In this document: positions 20,079 to 30,491 of the stretch, one piece after another
How positions within the stretch are numbered: position 1 is the stretch's first letter
How the letters are laid out: every line of letters begins with the position of its first letter
From: an uncultured virus (IMG/VR IMGVR_UViG_3300031673_000024)
Taxonomy: Duplodnaviria > Heunggongvirae > Uroviricota > Caudoviricetes
Virus record (IMG/VR): IMGVR_UViG_3300031673_000024
Reading direction: 5' to 3' (one strand)
DNA: 64,000 nt
Notes under the pieces: generated by a model
The model's database searches: none
Seen by the model: the letters and a program-made list of their open reading frames with translations, nothing else
Told to the model about the DNA's origin: nothing
Program-made: the position numbers and the translations under genes

Positions 20079-21622
20079 AAATCAGTCGGGGGTTCCATTC
20101 CTCCATCAACAATAGGAACAAGCGCGAGCACGATCAGATGCTCACGATGCCCTATCGTGGTGCGGTGTTCGCCCGTGTGTTCGCGCAGGACTCCGATACC
20201 GAGCGCGTGAGCGTCGACACCCTGACCGGGCAGACCAAGACGGCTTTCAGCTACCCCTTTGCCTCCACCAATGCCTGGATTCGAGGACAACCGGAAGCTG
20301 CTACACAGATGATCTCTATCATCGGAGCTGACACTAAGGACATCCAGCCAATCGCGTATTACGACCCGTCTAAGTCGGCAGCCGCTGGCGCTTACACGAC
20401 GGTGGCGAGAGGGGTGCGCAGTAACCCAGGCTCCGCTGTCCTGACAAAAGGACTCGCATACCGAGTTCTCGCCCCCGGTGAGATCGACATTGGTAGCCGC
20501 TACGCCCAGAACTTCTTTGGGATGGTTGACGTTAACCAGCAGCGCGGAGGGCTCTCTCACCTGACGATGACCTCGTTGTACTCGCGGATGGAGACGCCGC
20601 TGCTCTACGTCGAGGGTCCGGCTCACGTAGTGTCCGCCAACCTGAACGACGAGATCAGATACGGCACTGTCCGGCGCTCTGTCAGTGGCGCTTCTAATCA
20701 TACGATGCCATCACTTATTCTTGGTGGTAGCTCGCAAGACACGACATCGCTCCTGGACCCACTGGCCTCCCAGCCCTTCGCGAAGGAGTACACGGTAACG
20801 CTCGACTGGGCGGGGACCCCGAACAAGCTCCTTGACCACAGGCAGGGGATCGTCACTGACGACGATGGCAAGTTCCCCCGAAGCGCTCAGACACAGAAGT
20901 TCCTCCGCGCACGTTATCGCTGGTTCACAGCGTCGGGCTTCGGGTCGAATCTCCAGTTCACCACAAGCGAGATCGACGAGGCTGGCAACACGGTGTTCGA
21001 GACGTCGCCAGATGCTACGGATGGTCTTGCGATGCGCATCCCTTCGGGGAGCATTCAGATCAAGATCGGCGGTGACCCCGTCAACGGAGGCTCCGGCGGT
21101 AAGCTCAACGTCCAGACCTCGAACGATATCCAGTTCACATCAGCCAACCGCTACTCACTGGTCGCACAAAAGGGATTTCGTATCAATGCTCCGCAGGGGG
21201 CACGCGGGGTGATCGATGCAGATGGCGGTCTCGGGATTAAATCTAGCGGAGTCATCAACATCGATACCCCCCAGATGCAAGGCATCACCCTCGGGAACAG
21301 AGAGCGCACGAAGTACCCGGTGCTGGTCGCGCATCCGGAATACCTCTCGACGTTGAACAACTACTTCAGCGCGCAGTCAGGTCTTTCTGGTACGTTGGCG
21401 ACGTACGGCAGTAGCGCTGCCCAAGCCTGGGCTGCGGTTGGTGGCGTCATCGGGTTGATCGATCCTTCAGGCGTGGTTCTCGGGCTGTGTACTGCCGCTG
21501 GCGCCGCTGCCGGCCAGCTTGCTGCGCAGGCACCGCAGGTCGGGGTTGCGGTAGGCCAGCACCTCCCACGGATGGTACAGATGCCAGCCGGATACATCTC
21601 GTCTAAGACGGTTTCGGAGTAA
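20075..21622 (+). CDS. Putative baseplate central spike (gp5/gpV-like)
   Basis: N-terminal OB-fold-like segment (ARV...WIRGQPE), LAPGEI, beta-strand-rich C-terminal half; immediately follows the hub. Confidence 0.5.
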   Translation: MKISRGFHSSINNRNKREHDQMLTMPYRGAVFARVFAQDSDTERVSVDTLTGQTKTAFSYPFASTNAWIRGQPEAATQMISIIGADTKDIQPIAYYDPSKSAAAGAYTTVARGVRSNPGSAVLTKGLAYRVLAPGEIDIGSRYAQNFFGMVDVNQQRGGLSHLTMTSLYSRMETPLLYVEGPAHVVSANLNDEIRYGTVRRSVSGASNHTMPSLILGGSSQDTTSLLDPLASQPFAKEYTVTLDWAGTPNKLLDHRQGIVTDDDGKFPRSAQTQKFLRARYRWFTASGFGSNLQFTTSEIDEAGNTVFETSPDATDGLAMRIPSGSIQIKIGGDPVNGGSGGKLNVQTSNDIQFTSANRYSLVAQKGFRINAPQGARGVIDADGGLGIKSSGVINIDTPQMQGITLGNRERTKYPVLVAHPEYLSTLNNYFSAQSGLSGTLATYGSSAAQAWAAVGGVIGLIDPSGVVLGLCTAAGAAAGQLAAQAPQVGVAVGQHLPRMVQMPAGYISSKTVSE

Positions 21623-21625
21623 CCA

Positions 21626-24600
21626 ATGGCCGATCTATTCAACGACAGCTTCGATGTATGGGATGATGTGCCATTCATCCCGTCATTTGCTTTGTCCTCT
21701 GACTCGGTGTCGGAGTCCTTCGAGTCTTCGTGGGACAACACCCCGCCGGCTGTGGTCGAGGAGCAGCCCGAAGGCCGGTCGTTCTTCCTGTTCCGGTCAT
21801 GCGATATCACCGCTACAGGTGCGCGTTCGGCCTTGATTCGTAACACGGATGTTCTCAACCGTGCTCTGGCTCTTCTCGACAAGCCGGGTGGTTTGCCTGA
21901 TGAGGAGGCTGCTGGGTCAGACAACCCAACTCTCGATGTCATCGACGCGGAGTGGGGTCCGACGGTTGCGGGCGATGGGACGCTTCCTCCGGGGACGTAC
22001 ACGTACGACGGCATTCCGCTCGACACTTGTACTGGTCGCACGGGTGCTCCTATCCCTCTTCCAGCGTTGACGATCAGCGCCTTGGGTGATGAAGCTACGC
22101 TCCGGGTTCGGTTCAACAACCTACCCGACCATTGCGATGCGCTACAGATACGCCGTGACGGGGAGATCGTTGGCCCTCCCTTCCCGATGTTCGACAACAT
22201 CTCCGACAACCTCACCGTGGTCAATCAGCCTGACCCGTTCGGGAACTACGACATCGGGACGAGGAAGAACTTCCGTTGGTTGGGTGGTGCTGACCTCATT
22301 GGTGGCGACGTCATCAACTACAATGGTTTCACTGTGAAGGTGGACCGCGTGCTCCCTCACTCGTCGGGCACGGGTCTCCTGGTTCGGTTTGAGCCTCAGA
22401 TCCCAGCGTCGTTGATTACGCCTCCGGGGTTCTTTGACGCCGCCAACCGTACGGGCTTCTATGAATCGTTCTCGACGTTCCCGAGTGTCCTAACCCCACC
22501 CGGGTTCCCCGGTGTGCCTGGTACTCCGTCGGCGCCCATGTGGCCGCCGGGTACGCCGATCACATGGGCGGGTCCTATCTCTGCCTTCGTGAAGATCCCG
22601 CCATCAACGTTTGGGCTTCTGCCCTTCCTCGATGACTTGCAGCCGGGTGACATCATCGCCTACGGAAGCAAGACCGCCCTCGTCGTCTACGTCGAGTCCA
22701 ACCCCCTTGCAGGGCTGCTGCCTGGTAGCACAGACCCGAAGTGGGGGACGGTGTTGTGCATCCCGTTTGGGATCTTGCCTCTCCCGCCCATGCCTGCCGG
22801 TCAGTATTGGGTCGTCTATCGCTCGGGCCTCGCCCCGACGTTCTTCGTCTACTACACGCTTGGTGCCGGGTTCGCTGACTTTGATGATCCCCTATTCACA
22901 CTCCTGCGTCTTGGGCGTCCGACGTTCCAAGGAGGCTCGGGTATTGACAGTGCTTTGGGCTTCCTGAACGACGGCACACAGAACAACGGTTACGACCCGG
23001 CGGACATCCCGAACCCGCGTAACGCGCAGAACTGCTTCCGAGTTGCGACGTTCGATGTAGTGGAGGATCCGGCGGGGAGCAGCAAGTTCCGTCCGGCGTT
23101 CCTGTTCCCTGGTCAGTCGCTCATCTATGATGCGACGACGGTAACGGTGTCGTTCGTGAACGAGATCCAACCCCCGGATGGTCTGTTCCCCGGGGAGTAC
23201 GAGATCGAGGTCACCCCCGGCATCTCCCCCAGTGACTTCGAGATTCTGCCCGACCTCGGCCTCCCTGGCACGCCGGTCACCATCCCGCGACCTGTGATGT
23301 CGATCGGGGCTGCGACCACGATCCCGAGTTTCGAGTCGGTGTTCCTCCAGCAGCCTGTGATTGAGCCTGCTGGACAGTTTGAGCGCATCACCCGGCTCCT
23401 GACGTTCACTAGCGAGCGGAGCGTCTGGTCGTTCCGGGATACTGGCGACAACCAGGACAGAGCAGGCTTTGTGCTTGGTTCTGACGCACGCGACGAGCTT
23501 GACGCCGTCTTCAACCAGAACAACTACGAAGGCGGCTTGGACGGGCTCCTAGAGCGTGTCAGAGGGCCGCAAGACACCCCGGCCAGCGACGTGTTCGTCA
23601 AGACCGTCGGAACCCTGACGCGGACCACCAACCGGATACACCCCGTCAATTCCATCGCAGCACTCGGAGGGGACTCCGGAGGCGGAATCCTCGTAAGCCT
23701 CGACAACATCCGCGATGTGCGCTCGGAGTTGTGCGACAACTCTGCTCTGTTCACAGAGTTCCTAATCAAGATGGACGATCCTGGGTATGCGGTGATGCGT
23801 ATCCAGCCCCGTGAGGTGCAGGTCCCAGCAGCGCAGTGCCCTCCGGGTCAGCCCGACCAGCGAGAGGTCAAGCTCGTCTGCGTCGGCTTCGCCACACCAC
23901 AAGTACCTGTCCAAGATGGTGAGGTAGCATCCGTCTTCTGGGCTCCAAACGCGAGGTTCGGCAATGGCGTTCGTCTGTCCTTGCGTCGCCTTGGTCTAAC
24001 GGACGATGAGGTGACCGCTGCCCTCTCGCTGATCACCGAGAAACGTATCGTCTCCGTAAGGGAATTCTCCACCACGGTCATCGACGAGGTCGACGCCTTC
24101 AACGGCATCTCCTCCGACCCCGGTGACCTCGACGACATCATGGACGATGTTCGCATCGTCGATATCCACACAGGAACAGTCAACAGATATCAGATCCAAG
24201 AGATCATCCGGAGACGCGGCAGGGCCGGCATCACGTCACGTCCAACCCGTACTGACCCGGCGTCGGCGGATGACCCGACCCAGCAGCTACTGGATGACTT
24301 CACGCTTCCGGCGCACCAACTGGCATCACTGGCTCTTCAGCTTCAGTTGTCGTTCGACATCTGTGACTACGACGCGGCGATTGCCAGCATCAAAGACCCA
24401 GAACTCCGCGCCCAAGTTGCCGCGTTCTTTGCCGTGGCCGAGGGCGTCCTCAACCAACTTGTCCAGGCAGGGAGAAGCATCCACTCCTTCCTGACACAGA
24501 GCGACTTTGCGGCTGCTGCTGATGCCATCGCAGGCATCATCGCGGCTTCCGCTACAGACCCCACGTTGTCCTGTCTCGGAGGACCTCAAGCATACCTTCC

Positions 24601-25072
24601 GAACGTCGGTGGGTTGCCAAACTTCCGCTCCGTGGATGGATTCTTCTCCCTTTTTGCACAGGGATTCCAGACCCGATTCAACCTCTCTCAGTTGTTCGCG
24701 ACCGCAATCTCGTCCGTGCTGTGCTCCATCATCGGGGCCTTCGTGGACATGATATCGTTCTTCGGAGGCAACGTTGCCGGTGCCGTAACGAAGAAGGTCA
24801 TCGGTTGCTTGCCTAGTGTAGAGGATCTCGCAGGCGTGTCATTCCCTTCGCTCGACGCTCAGATCGCCATCGAGTGCAGCCTAGAACAGTTGAACATGAT
24901 CCTTGACATCATCAACGCGCTCATCGCGGAGGCGAACGAGGTCATTGATTTCGCTAACAACCTTGAGACGGGCTTCGTTACCCAAACCGTGGAAGCCCGT
25001 AACCGCGCCTGCTCCTCCGGTGAGGGTATCGCTTCCCTCATCGGCGGTCTTCGCGTCTTTGTGGGGTTGTGA
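21626..25072 (+). CDS. Large baseplate-region structural protein (1148 aa)
   Basis: Long ORF within the baseplate operon; Pro/Gly-rich beta region, hydrophobic helical C-terminus. Confidence 0.6.
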   Translation: MADLFNDSFDVWDDVPFIPSFALSSDSVSESFESSWDNTPPAVVEEQPEGRSFFLFRSCDITATGARSALIRNTDVLNRALALLDKPGGLPDEEAAGSDNPTLDVIDAEWGPTVAGDGTLPPGTYTYDGIPLDTCTGRTGAPIPLPALTISALGDEATLRVRFNNLPDHCDALQIRRDGEIVGPPFPMFDNISDNLTVVNQPDPFGNYDIGTRKNFRWLGGADLIGGDVINYNGFTVKVDRVLPHSSGTGLLVRFEPQIPASLITPPGFFDAANRTGFYESFSTFPSVLTPPGFPGVPGTPSAPMWPPGTPITWAGPISAFVKIPPSTFGLLPFLDDLQPGDIIAYGSKTALVVYVESNPLAGLLPGSTDPKWGTVLCIPFGILPLPPMPAGQYWVVYRSGLAPTFFVYYTLGAGFADFDDPLFTLLRLGRPTFQGGSGIDSALGFLNDGTQNNGYDPADIPNPRNAQNCFRVATFDVVEDPAGSSKFRPAFLFPGQSLIYDATTVTVSFVNEIQPPDGLFPGEYEIEVTPGISPSDFEILPDLGLPGTPVTIPRPVMSIGAATTIPSFESVFLQQPVIEPAGQFERITRLLTFTSERSVWSFRDTGDNQDRAGFVLGSDARDELDAVFNQNNYEGGLDGLLERVRGPQDTPASDVFVKTVGTLTRTTNRIHPVNSIAALGGDSGGGILVSLDNIRDVRSELCDNSALFTEFLIKMDDPGYAVMRIQPREVQVPAAQCPPGQPDQREVKLVCVGFATPQVPVQDGEVASVFWAPNARFGNGVRLSLRRLGLTDDEVTAALSLITEKRIVSVREFSTTVIDEVDAFNGISSDPGDLDDIMDDVRIVDIHTGTVNRYQIQEIIRRRGRAGITSRPTRTDPASADDPTQQLLDDFTLPAHQLASLALQLQLSFDICDYDAAIASIKDPELRAQVAAFFAVAEGVLNQLVQAGRSIHSFLTQSDFAAAADAIAGIIAASATDPTLSCLGGPQAYLPNVGGLPNFRSVDGFFSLFAQGFQTRFNLSQLFATAISSVLCSIIGAFVDMISFFGGNVAGAVTKKVIGCLPSVEDLAGVSFPSLDAQIAIECSLEQLNMILDIINALIAEANEVIDFANNLETGFVTQTVEARNRACSSGEGIASLIGGLRVFVGL

Positions 25073-25719
25073 TGTCTGAGAGTACACCGTTCATTGATTC
25101 GTTGAAGGCAGACAAGAGGGCGTTGGTCGAGCGCCGGAGCCGTGGTGAGAAGCGTCCGAGGTACTACAGCGGGATCCGTGCGGCTACGCAAGACAGGCTT
25201 GTGACAACAGGCACCCAGACCACCGGACAACAAGCCGATGTCGTCATCAGCCTCGACCTGGAAGCCGCACTCATCCTCTCCTCAAAAGAGGTGAAGACCA
25301 AGATCATCTCCTTCCTGCAATCCGCCATCTTGGCGGTTGCGAGCACGAGCGTTAGCGACTTTGTTCTCATGAGCGAGGTGGTAGCGAATCGCGCTAAGAG
25401 CTATGTCCAGGTACGTCAAGACGTTGGGGACATGGTGTCGGCGTACACGGACGCCCGCTACAATCTCCTCGGGTTCATCGACGCCACAGCCCGAGAGAAC
25501 GGAGTCAGCGGGGCTGCTGACTCCGTTCTCATCCCCGACATTAACAGCATGTTCGGTGCTATCTCAGACGCATACGTAACTCTGTCCCGCTCTGACCTGT
25601 TGGGTGTTCACGATCGGATAGCGGATGGCGGGACGTTGATCGCCTTTGAGAACGCCGCAACCAACCGTCAAAAGGAACTCTCTTCCTGGGTCACTGTGAT
25701 CCAAACGTATCTCGTCTGA
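25069..25719 (+). CDS. Hypothetical baseplate-operon protein
   Basis: 216 aa, coupled to both neighbours. Confidence 0.55.
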   Translation: MMSESTPFIDSLKADKRALVERRSRGEKRPRYYSGIRAATQDRLVTTGTQTTGQQADVVISLDLEAALILSSKEVKTKIISFLQSAILAVASTSVSDFVLMSEVVANRAKSYVQVRQDVGDMVSAYTDARYNLLGFIDATARENGVSGAADSVLIPDINSMFGAISDAYVTLSRSDLLGVHDRIADGGTLIAFENAATNRQKELSSWVTVIQTYLV

Positions 25720-25728
25720 GGAGAGTGC

Positions 25729-26193
25729 ATGTCCTTCACGGTCCGGTTCAACGATGGCGACATCGAAGTAGGAAACACCGGGGAGCAGCTTCTTGTCAGT
25801 GGCGCGGAGAAGGCTGCTCAAGACCTTCTCGACGAGATTCTCCTTCCGTACGATGTAGTACGCGACCGTGGCAATGAACTCTTCGAGCCGAACGGCCAGT
25901 TGACCTCGATCGTGGGTGCTCCTTCGATCGGGGCGCAGTCCATCCGCACCTTCATCAAGGGGGCTGTCCGACGTCTTCAGCGTGCTCAGCAGTTCGACAC
26001 AGGTACCAGTCGCTCCGAACTCATCAGCCGCGTCAAGACTCTCCTCGTCCAACCGCTGAACAATGATGTTACCAGCTACGCCTTCTTCCTTTCGGTTGAA
26101 GTGAATGACCAGACGATCGGTATCGCACGGGCCATCAGCATGTCCCACCTCGGCGATACCAACAAGCCCTTGGTGGGCGGGTATGACCCATAG
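25729..26193 (+). CDS. Baseplate wedge subunit, gp25/gpW-like
   Basis: DGDI...G....VSG.EK..QD pattern, size, and position directly before baseplate J; GGAG RBS. Confidence 0.6.
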   Translation: MSFTVRFNDGDIEVGNTGEQLLVSGAEKAAQDLLDEILLPYDVVRDRGNELFEPNGQLTSIVGAPSIGAQSIRTFIKGAVRRLQRAQQFDTGTSRSELISRVKTLLVQPLNNDVTSYAFFLSVEVNDQTIGIARAISMSHLGDTNKPLVGGYDP

Positions 26194-26207
26194 GAAGGGC
26201 TTGAATC

Positions 26208-27647
26208 ATGGTAATGCGGACGCGAAGTGAGATTCTCTCATCTATCAAGAACACGCTACAGACGCTGAGCCCTCAGATCCGTATCGATGCGGATAAGGGG
26301 CCGTTCTTCTACCTTGCTGGTGAAGCTGTCGCCATTCCGTTGTCTAACGCTTCTGCCGATGTCGAGCGCGTGGCGTTGCTATCGACGTTGCAGTTCCCCT
26401 CTGTGGCGACGGACTCTGAGGCGCTCTCGGTAGCGCGTGCGTTTGCGATGACCCTAGGATCGGGTGGCTATTCGCAGGGCATCGCCTACGTGACGACGAG
26501 CCGAGTGCCCGCGGGGACGGATACCTATACCGTCCATCAAGGCGATACCTTCTCCACGGGGTCTGGAGGTCAGACGTTCGAGGCTTTGGAGTCGAGGAGC
26601 CTGACAGCCGCCAACGCAGACACCTTCTACAACCCATCGACCAGACGCTTCGAGCTTCCGGTTCTTGTGCAAGCCGTGTCTGCTGGCTCATCAGGAAACA
26701 TCGCTGCGCGAACTCTGACCTCGATCTCAGGTGGTGCCTCTGACTTTGATGGGGTTACGAACCTCGTCTCCTTCACGGGAGGCACCTCAGCCCAGAGCAT
26801 CGCGTCGCTGTACGCTCGGGTGAGGCAGCGCCTTGCGGGGTTGGACAACTTCAGCCGTGGTGGGTTGGCTTCGCGTGTCCAGAACATCGATGTAGACCGC
26901 ATCCAGGCGGTAGCGTTGACGTACTCTAACGAGTATCCCTTCCTGTTCTACCGTCTTCCGGACACGCAGGCGATCGACGTATGGACGCTAGCTGCTACCA
27001 GAGACGTGCTGACGACCGAAACGCTCGTCGCAGGAGCCGGTCAAACGATCTTCCCTCTTTCCAACAAGCCAGTGCTCTCATTGAACAATGTGTTCGTCAA
27101 CGGCGCTACGGTTTCCGCGCAGTTGACCCTTGATGAGTCGCTGGAGTTGGGGCGGTCGACACGAGAGAGCAGCTACGTGTCGCTCTCCTCCGGTCTGATC
27201 GCAGGCGATATCGTCGACATCACGTACAGCTATGACTCGGTGTTGAACTCGGTGCAAAGCGAGATCGATGGCTACCTGCAAGCGGACACGGGAGCGTTGT
27301 TTGCGGCGGACGTGCTCATCCGTCAGCCAAAGACGTCGTACGCAGTGGTCGAGATTTCGGGTACCGCTCTCGGTACGTTCGACCCCACGTTGGTGGAAGA
27401 AGAGATTTCGCAGGTGGTAGGCGACTACATTGGGAACGGCCTTGGTGACGCTGCTCTGCTTGGCGGCTACCGGTCTCCTGGGGAGCTACGAGATGTGATC
27501 CGCTCTCTGGTTCCTGGCGTGTCTGCTCTCAGCATCACTGTCTTCTCTCTCAAGCAGGTAGCTCCCTTGGTGGCGACCATCGACATCCCGCGAAACGCCC
27601 GCCTGACTTTTGAGACGGCAGACGATTTGGTCGTGACGTTCACCTGA
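26208..27647 (+). CDS. Baseplate J-like wedge protein
   Basis: V.A...G..GNI.A......GVTN...FTGG...S...L..R signature of Baseplate_J. Confidence 0.8.
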   Translation: MVMRTRSEILSSIKNTLQTLSPQIRIDADKGPFFYLAGEAVAIPLSNASADVERVALLSTLQFPSVATDSEALSVARAFAMTLGSGGYSQGIAYVTTSRVPAGTDTYTVHQGDTFSTGSGGQTFEALESRSLTAANADTFYNPSTRRFELPVLVQAVSAGSSGNIAARTLTSISGGASDFDGVTNLVSFTGGTSAQSIASLYARVRQRLAGLDNFSRGGLASRVQNIDVDRIQAVALTYSNEYPFLFYRLPDTQAIDVWTLAATRDVLTTETLVAGAGQTIFPLSNKPVLSLNNVFVNGATVSAQLTLDESLELGRSTRESSYVSLSSGLIAGDIVDITYSYDSVLNSVQSEIDGYLQADTGALFAADVLIRQPKTSYAVVEISGTALGTFDPTLVEEEISQVVGDYIGNGLGDAALLGGYRSPGELRDVIRSLVPGVSALSITVFSLKQVAPLVATIDIPRNARLTFETADDLVVTFT

Positions 27648-27662
27648 ACCGCATCCTGAGTC

Positions 27663-30491
27663 ATGACTACGCCTTCTGCCCGCCTTGATTCCTTGATTGA
27701 TCGCCTCGGCAAGAAGAACCTGCTCACCCCGACGGTGCAGGCTCGTTTGGAAGAGGCTGCTCTCATCGTCGCAAAGAAGATGAGCACGGCTGACAAAGCC
27801 AAGATGCAGCGCGAGGCCAAGAAGAAGAAGAAGGCCAAGGTCTGGGTTTCCGTGACCTCGCAGCCCGAGAAGACGAAGGGCGGCAGCTACGTCGGCCGCG
27901 CCACCTTCCAGCGCAAGGGTGAGGACGAGAAGCACTCGGAGATGATCACGCTTCAGGGGCCTGCGAAGATCCGCGTCAAGGGCAAGAAGTTGTGGGTCAA
28001 GCCGAAGAAGGGCGAGGGCTACTACTTCGGCGAGAATGAGGACGAGGCTGGCGCCAAGGACAAGAATGGTGATGATGAGGTAGAGGACCTTGCTCCTCCC
28101 ACGCTGGATTCGGACAAGGACGGTGTGGATGACAACGCGCGCGTCGGTGTTCCTGCCGACCTCGTTCCCACGCCTCCGGCGATCCCCAGACTCGACAACC
28201 TCACCGACGAGGAGAAGGCCATCGAGGGCCGCTTCGTGGACGCCTTCGAGTCCGACCCCGAGGCGATGACGAAGAAGTACGCGGATGCTGTCATCAAGAT
28301 CGCGGCAGCGAAGAAGGACGTTCCCACTTTCGTCACTGACGACACCAAGGTGTTGAGCCCCGACTACTCGGGTGACAAGCCGTTGTCCGAGATGAGTGAC
28401 GAGGAGCGTGCTGAGCTTGGGGCGAAGCGTGCTCGGAACAACACCTTGCTGCATCAGACGGCAAACGCGGTGGCGAAGCGCGCGTTCGTCGCGTACCTCG
28501 ACGAGCTTGAGAAGCTGCCGGAAGGCGACCCGAAGCGCTCGGTGTTGGTCACGAGCGGTGGCTGCGGATCTGGTAAGGGTTTTTCGTTGAAGAACAACCA
28601 GGAAGCGATTTCTCTGAAGTCCTCCGGCATCGGTGCTGTCTGGGATGCTGCCGGTGAGCAGAACGCGACGGAGAACCCTTGGATCCTCGACGAGTGCAAG
28701 AAGCGCGGGCTCAAGGCTCACTTCGTGTTCGTCGATGCCGACCCTATGCGTCAGTGGTCGCATGACAAGGTCGGGGTGATGTCCCGCGCCAAGACCCCGC
28801 CACCCGAAGGCGAGGGACGCATGGTCGACAGCCGTCTGTTCGCAGACAGCTACGCCCTGGGCGCCAAGAACTTCAACGCCTTCTTCGAGAAGCACAAGGA
28901 CTCCAAAGACGCCAACTTCATGTTCATCGACACGATGGATACGGACGCCAAGGGGTTTCCTGTGGTCAAGACCGGCAAGGGCATCAGCTCCAAGAGCTTG
29001 AAGCTCAACGCTGACGACTTGTACAAGAAGGCAGTCACCGAAGTGGAGAAGAACGCCCCGACCGACGCCATCCGCGAGGGCGCGCTCAAGGGCCAGCGCA
29101 TCTGGGGCGAAGGTGCTGAGGCAACGGCCTCTACCGCCACAGAATGGTTCCTGAAGGCCGGCTTCGTGTTCGCTGAGGACGAGGACGCCGAAGAGGATAG
29201 CGAGGCTGAGAAGCCGGCTGAGAGCACCACAGCCAAGGAAGCGGAAGACACGTTTGGTGCGGCCCTGGCCGCAGAGCTTGCGCACAACCTCTCCACCAAC
29301 CAGCAAGACCCGGCGTCCTTCTACAAGGACAAGGCCGAGACCCACGAAGCCATCCGTCACGGCGCGGACAAACCAGAGCCCGAAGAGGAAGAAGACATGA
29401 AGACCGAAGACACCGTAGAAGCACGCATCGACGCGGTTGCTGCCCGCCTTTCTCGTCTTGCGCTTCCGAGTGAGGTGCTCCTGGCTGTCGAGGAAGCTGC
29501 GGACGCGGTGTCGAAGGTCAGCGCGAAGTCGGACCTCAGCCTGCACCTCGCTGCCGAGGTCGACGAGTTGATGGGCGAGGCGTATCGGAAGATGCACACG
29601 CTCAAGGCCGAGATGGACAAGTTCGAGGAGATTCCGAACTACCTCAAGTCCTTCTACGACGAGGTGCTGAAGGCAGCGAACGCCATCGGCGAGGCGCGCA
29701 CCGGACGGAAGGCCAGCACGACACAGGTTCGTGAGATGGCGAAGAAGATCGCTCGTCAGGTCCAGGTCAAGGCCGCCACGGTCTTCGCAGGCAACTATGC
29801 TGGGTGGAAGCAGCGGGGCAAGCAGTTGTGGGCGGACGAAGACACCGTCGTTGCGCTTGTTCGGGATGTTGCCCAGCGTTTCCGTGCGGACCTTGACCTT
29901 GAAGTGTACGATAAGGGTGGCAAGGCAGCCGTGTTTGTCGCAGTGGGTCCGACCACAAAGACCTTGAAAGAAGCTGAGGACCTCCTGAAGAAGATTCTTC
30001 AGTACCTGAAGAAAAGCCTTCCGCCAGGGTTGATCCCAGCCTCCGGGTTCAAGGCTCAGAAGATTGTTTTGACCAATGGCTCGATGGGACACACCTATAT
30101 CGGTGCGCACATCCTGATCGAGCCTTCAATCAACGCCAAGGTTTCCGAAGTCGTCCGTGGCGGAATGTCACAAGATGCGTTTGACGAGGGAAGAACGGCA
30201 GCGCTGTCCGTCGTCAAGGCGGTGACGTTCAAGGCCGCTCAGGCCAAGCTCCTCGACCACCTCGAAGAGAATGGCTGGAGAGTCAACCGTGACCTGAAGG
30301 TTCCCTGGGCTGAGACCCCTGAGGGCAAGTACCGTCTGTGGTTCAAGGCGCAGGCGATCTGGATCGGCAGCGGGGGCAAGGGGTCGAAGCTCAGTGACGC
30401 ACGCTCGACGTGGATCGACCCTCGTGAGGTGACGCCCGAGTCCTTCATGAAGGAAGTCAAGGACTGGCAGAAGATCATGGACGGTCGCTGA
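27663..30491 (+). CDS. Multidomain protein with zeta-toxin-like P-loop kinase domain
   Basis: VLVTSGGCGSGKG Walker A, AVWDAAG, VFVDADP and GRMVD...SY in zeta-toxin order; flanked by shared targeting-like motifs and small domains. Confidence 0.7.
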   Translation: MTTPSARLDSLIDRLGKKNLLTPTVQARLEEAALIVAKKMSTADKAKMQREAKKKKKAKVWVSVTSQPEKTKGGSYVGRATFQRKGEDEKHSEMITLQGPAKIRVKGKKLWVKPKKGEGYYFGENEDEAGAKDKNGDDEVEDLAPPTLDSDKDGVDDNARVGVPADLVPTPPAIPRLDNLTDEEKAIEGRFVDAFESDPEAMTKKYADAVIKIAAAKKDVPTFVTDDTKVLSPDYSGDKPLSEMSDEERAELGAKRARNNTLLHQTANAVAKRAFVAYLDELEKLPEGDPKRSVLVTSGGCGSGKGFSLKNNQEAISLKSSGIGAVWDAAGEQNATENPWILDECKKRGLKAHFVFVDADPMRQWSHDKVGVMSRAKTPPPEGEGRMVDSRLFADSYALGAKNFNAFFEKHKDSKDANFMFIDTMDTDAKGFPVVKTGKGISSKSLKLNADDLYKKAVTEVEKNAPTDAIREGALKGQRIWGEGAEATASTATEWFLKAGFVFAEDEDAEEDSEAEKPAESTTAKEAEDTFGAALAAELAHNLSTNQQDPASFYKDKAETHEAIRHGADKPEPEEEEDMKTEDTVEARIDAVAARLSRLALPSEVLLAVEEAADAVSKVSAKSDLSLHLAAEVDELMGEAYRKMHTLKAEMDKFEEIPNYLKSFYDEVLKAANAIGEARTGRKASTTQVREMAKKIARQVQVKAATVFAGNYAGWKQRGKQLWADEDTVVALVRDVAQRFRADLDLEVYDKGGKAAVFVAVGPTTKTLKEAEDLLKKILQYLKKSLPPGLIPASGFKAQKIVLTNGSMGHTYIGAHILIEPSINAKVSEVVRGGMSQDAFDEGRTAALSVVKAVTFKAAQAKLLDHLEENGWRVNRDLKVPWAETPEGKYRLWFKAQAIWIGSGGKGSKLSDARSTWIDPREVTPESFMKEVKDWQKIMDGR

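Noticed and set aside
27486..30110. 874-aa minus-strand ORF
   Set aside because: Antisense shadow of the codon-biased 27663..30491 gene; no motifs. The same applies to the many + strand ORFs over 457-8855 and to shadows over nrdJ and the clamp.
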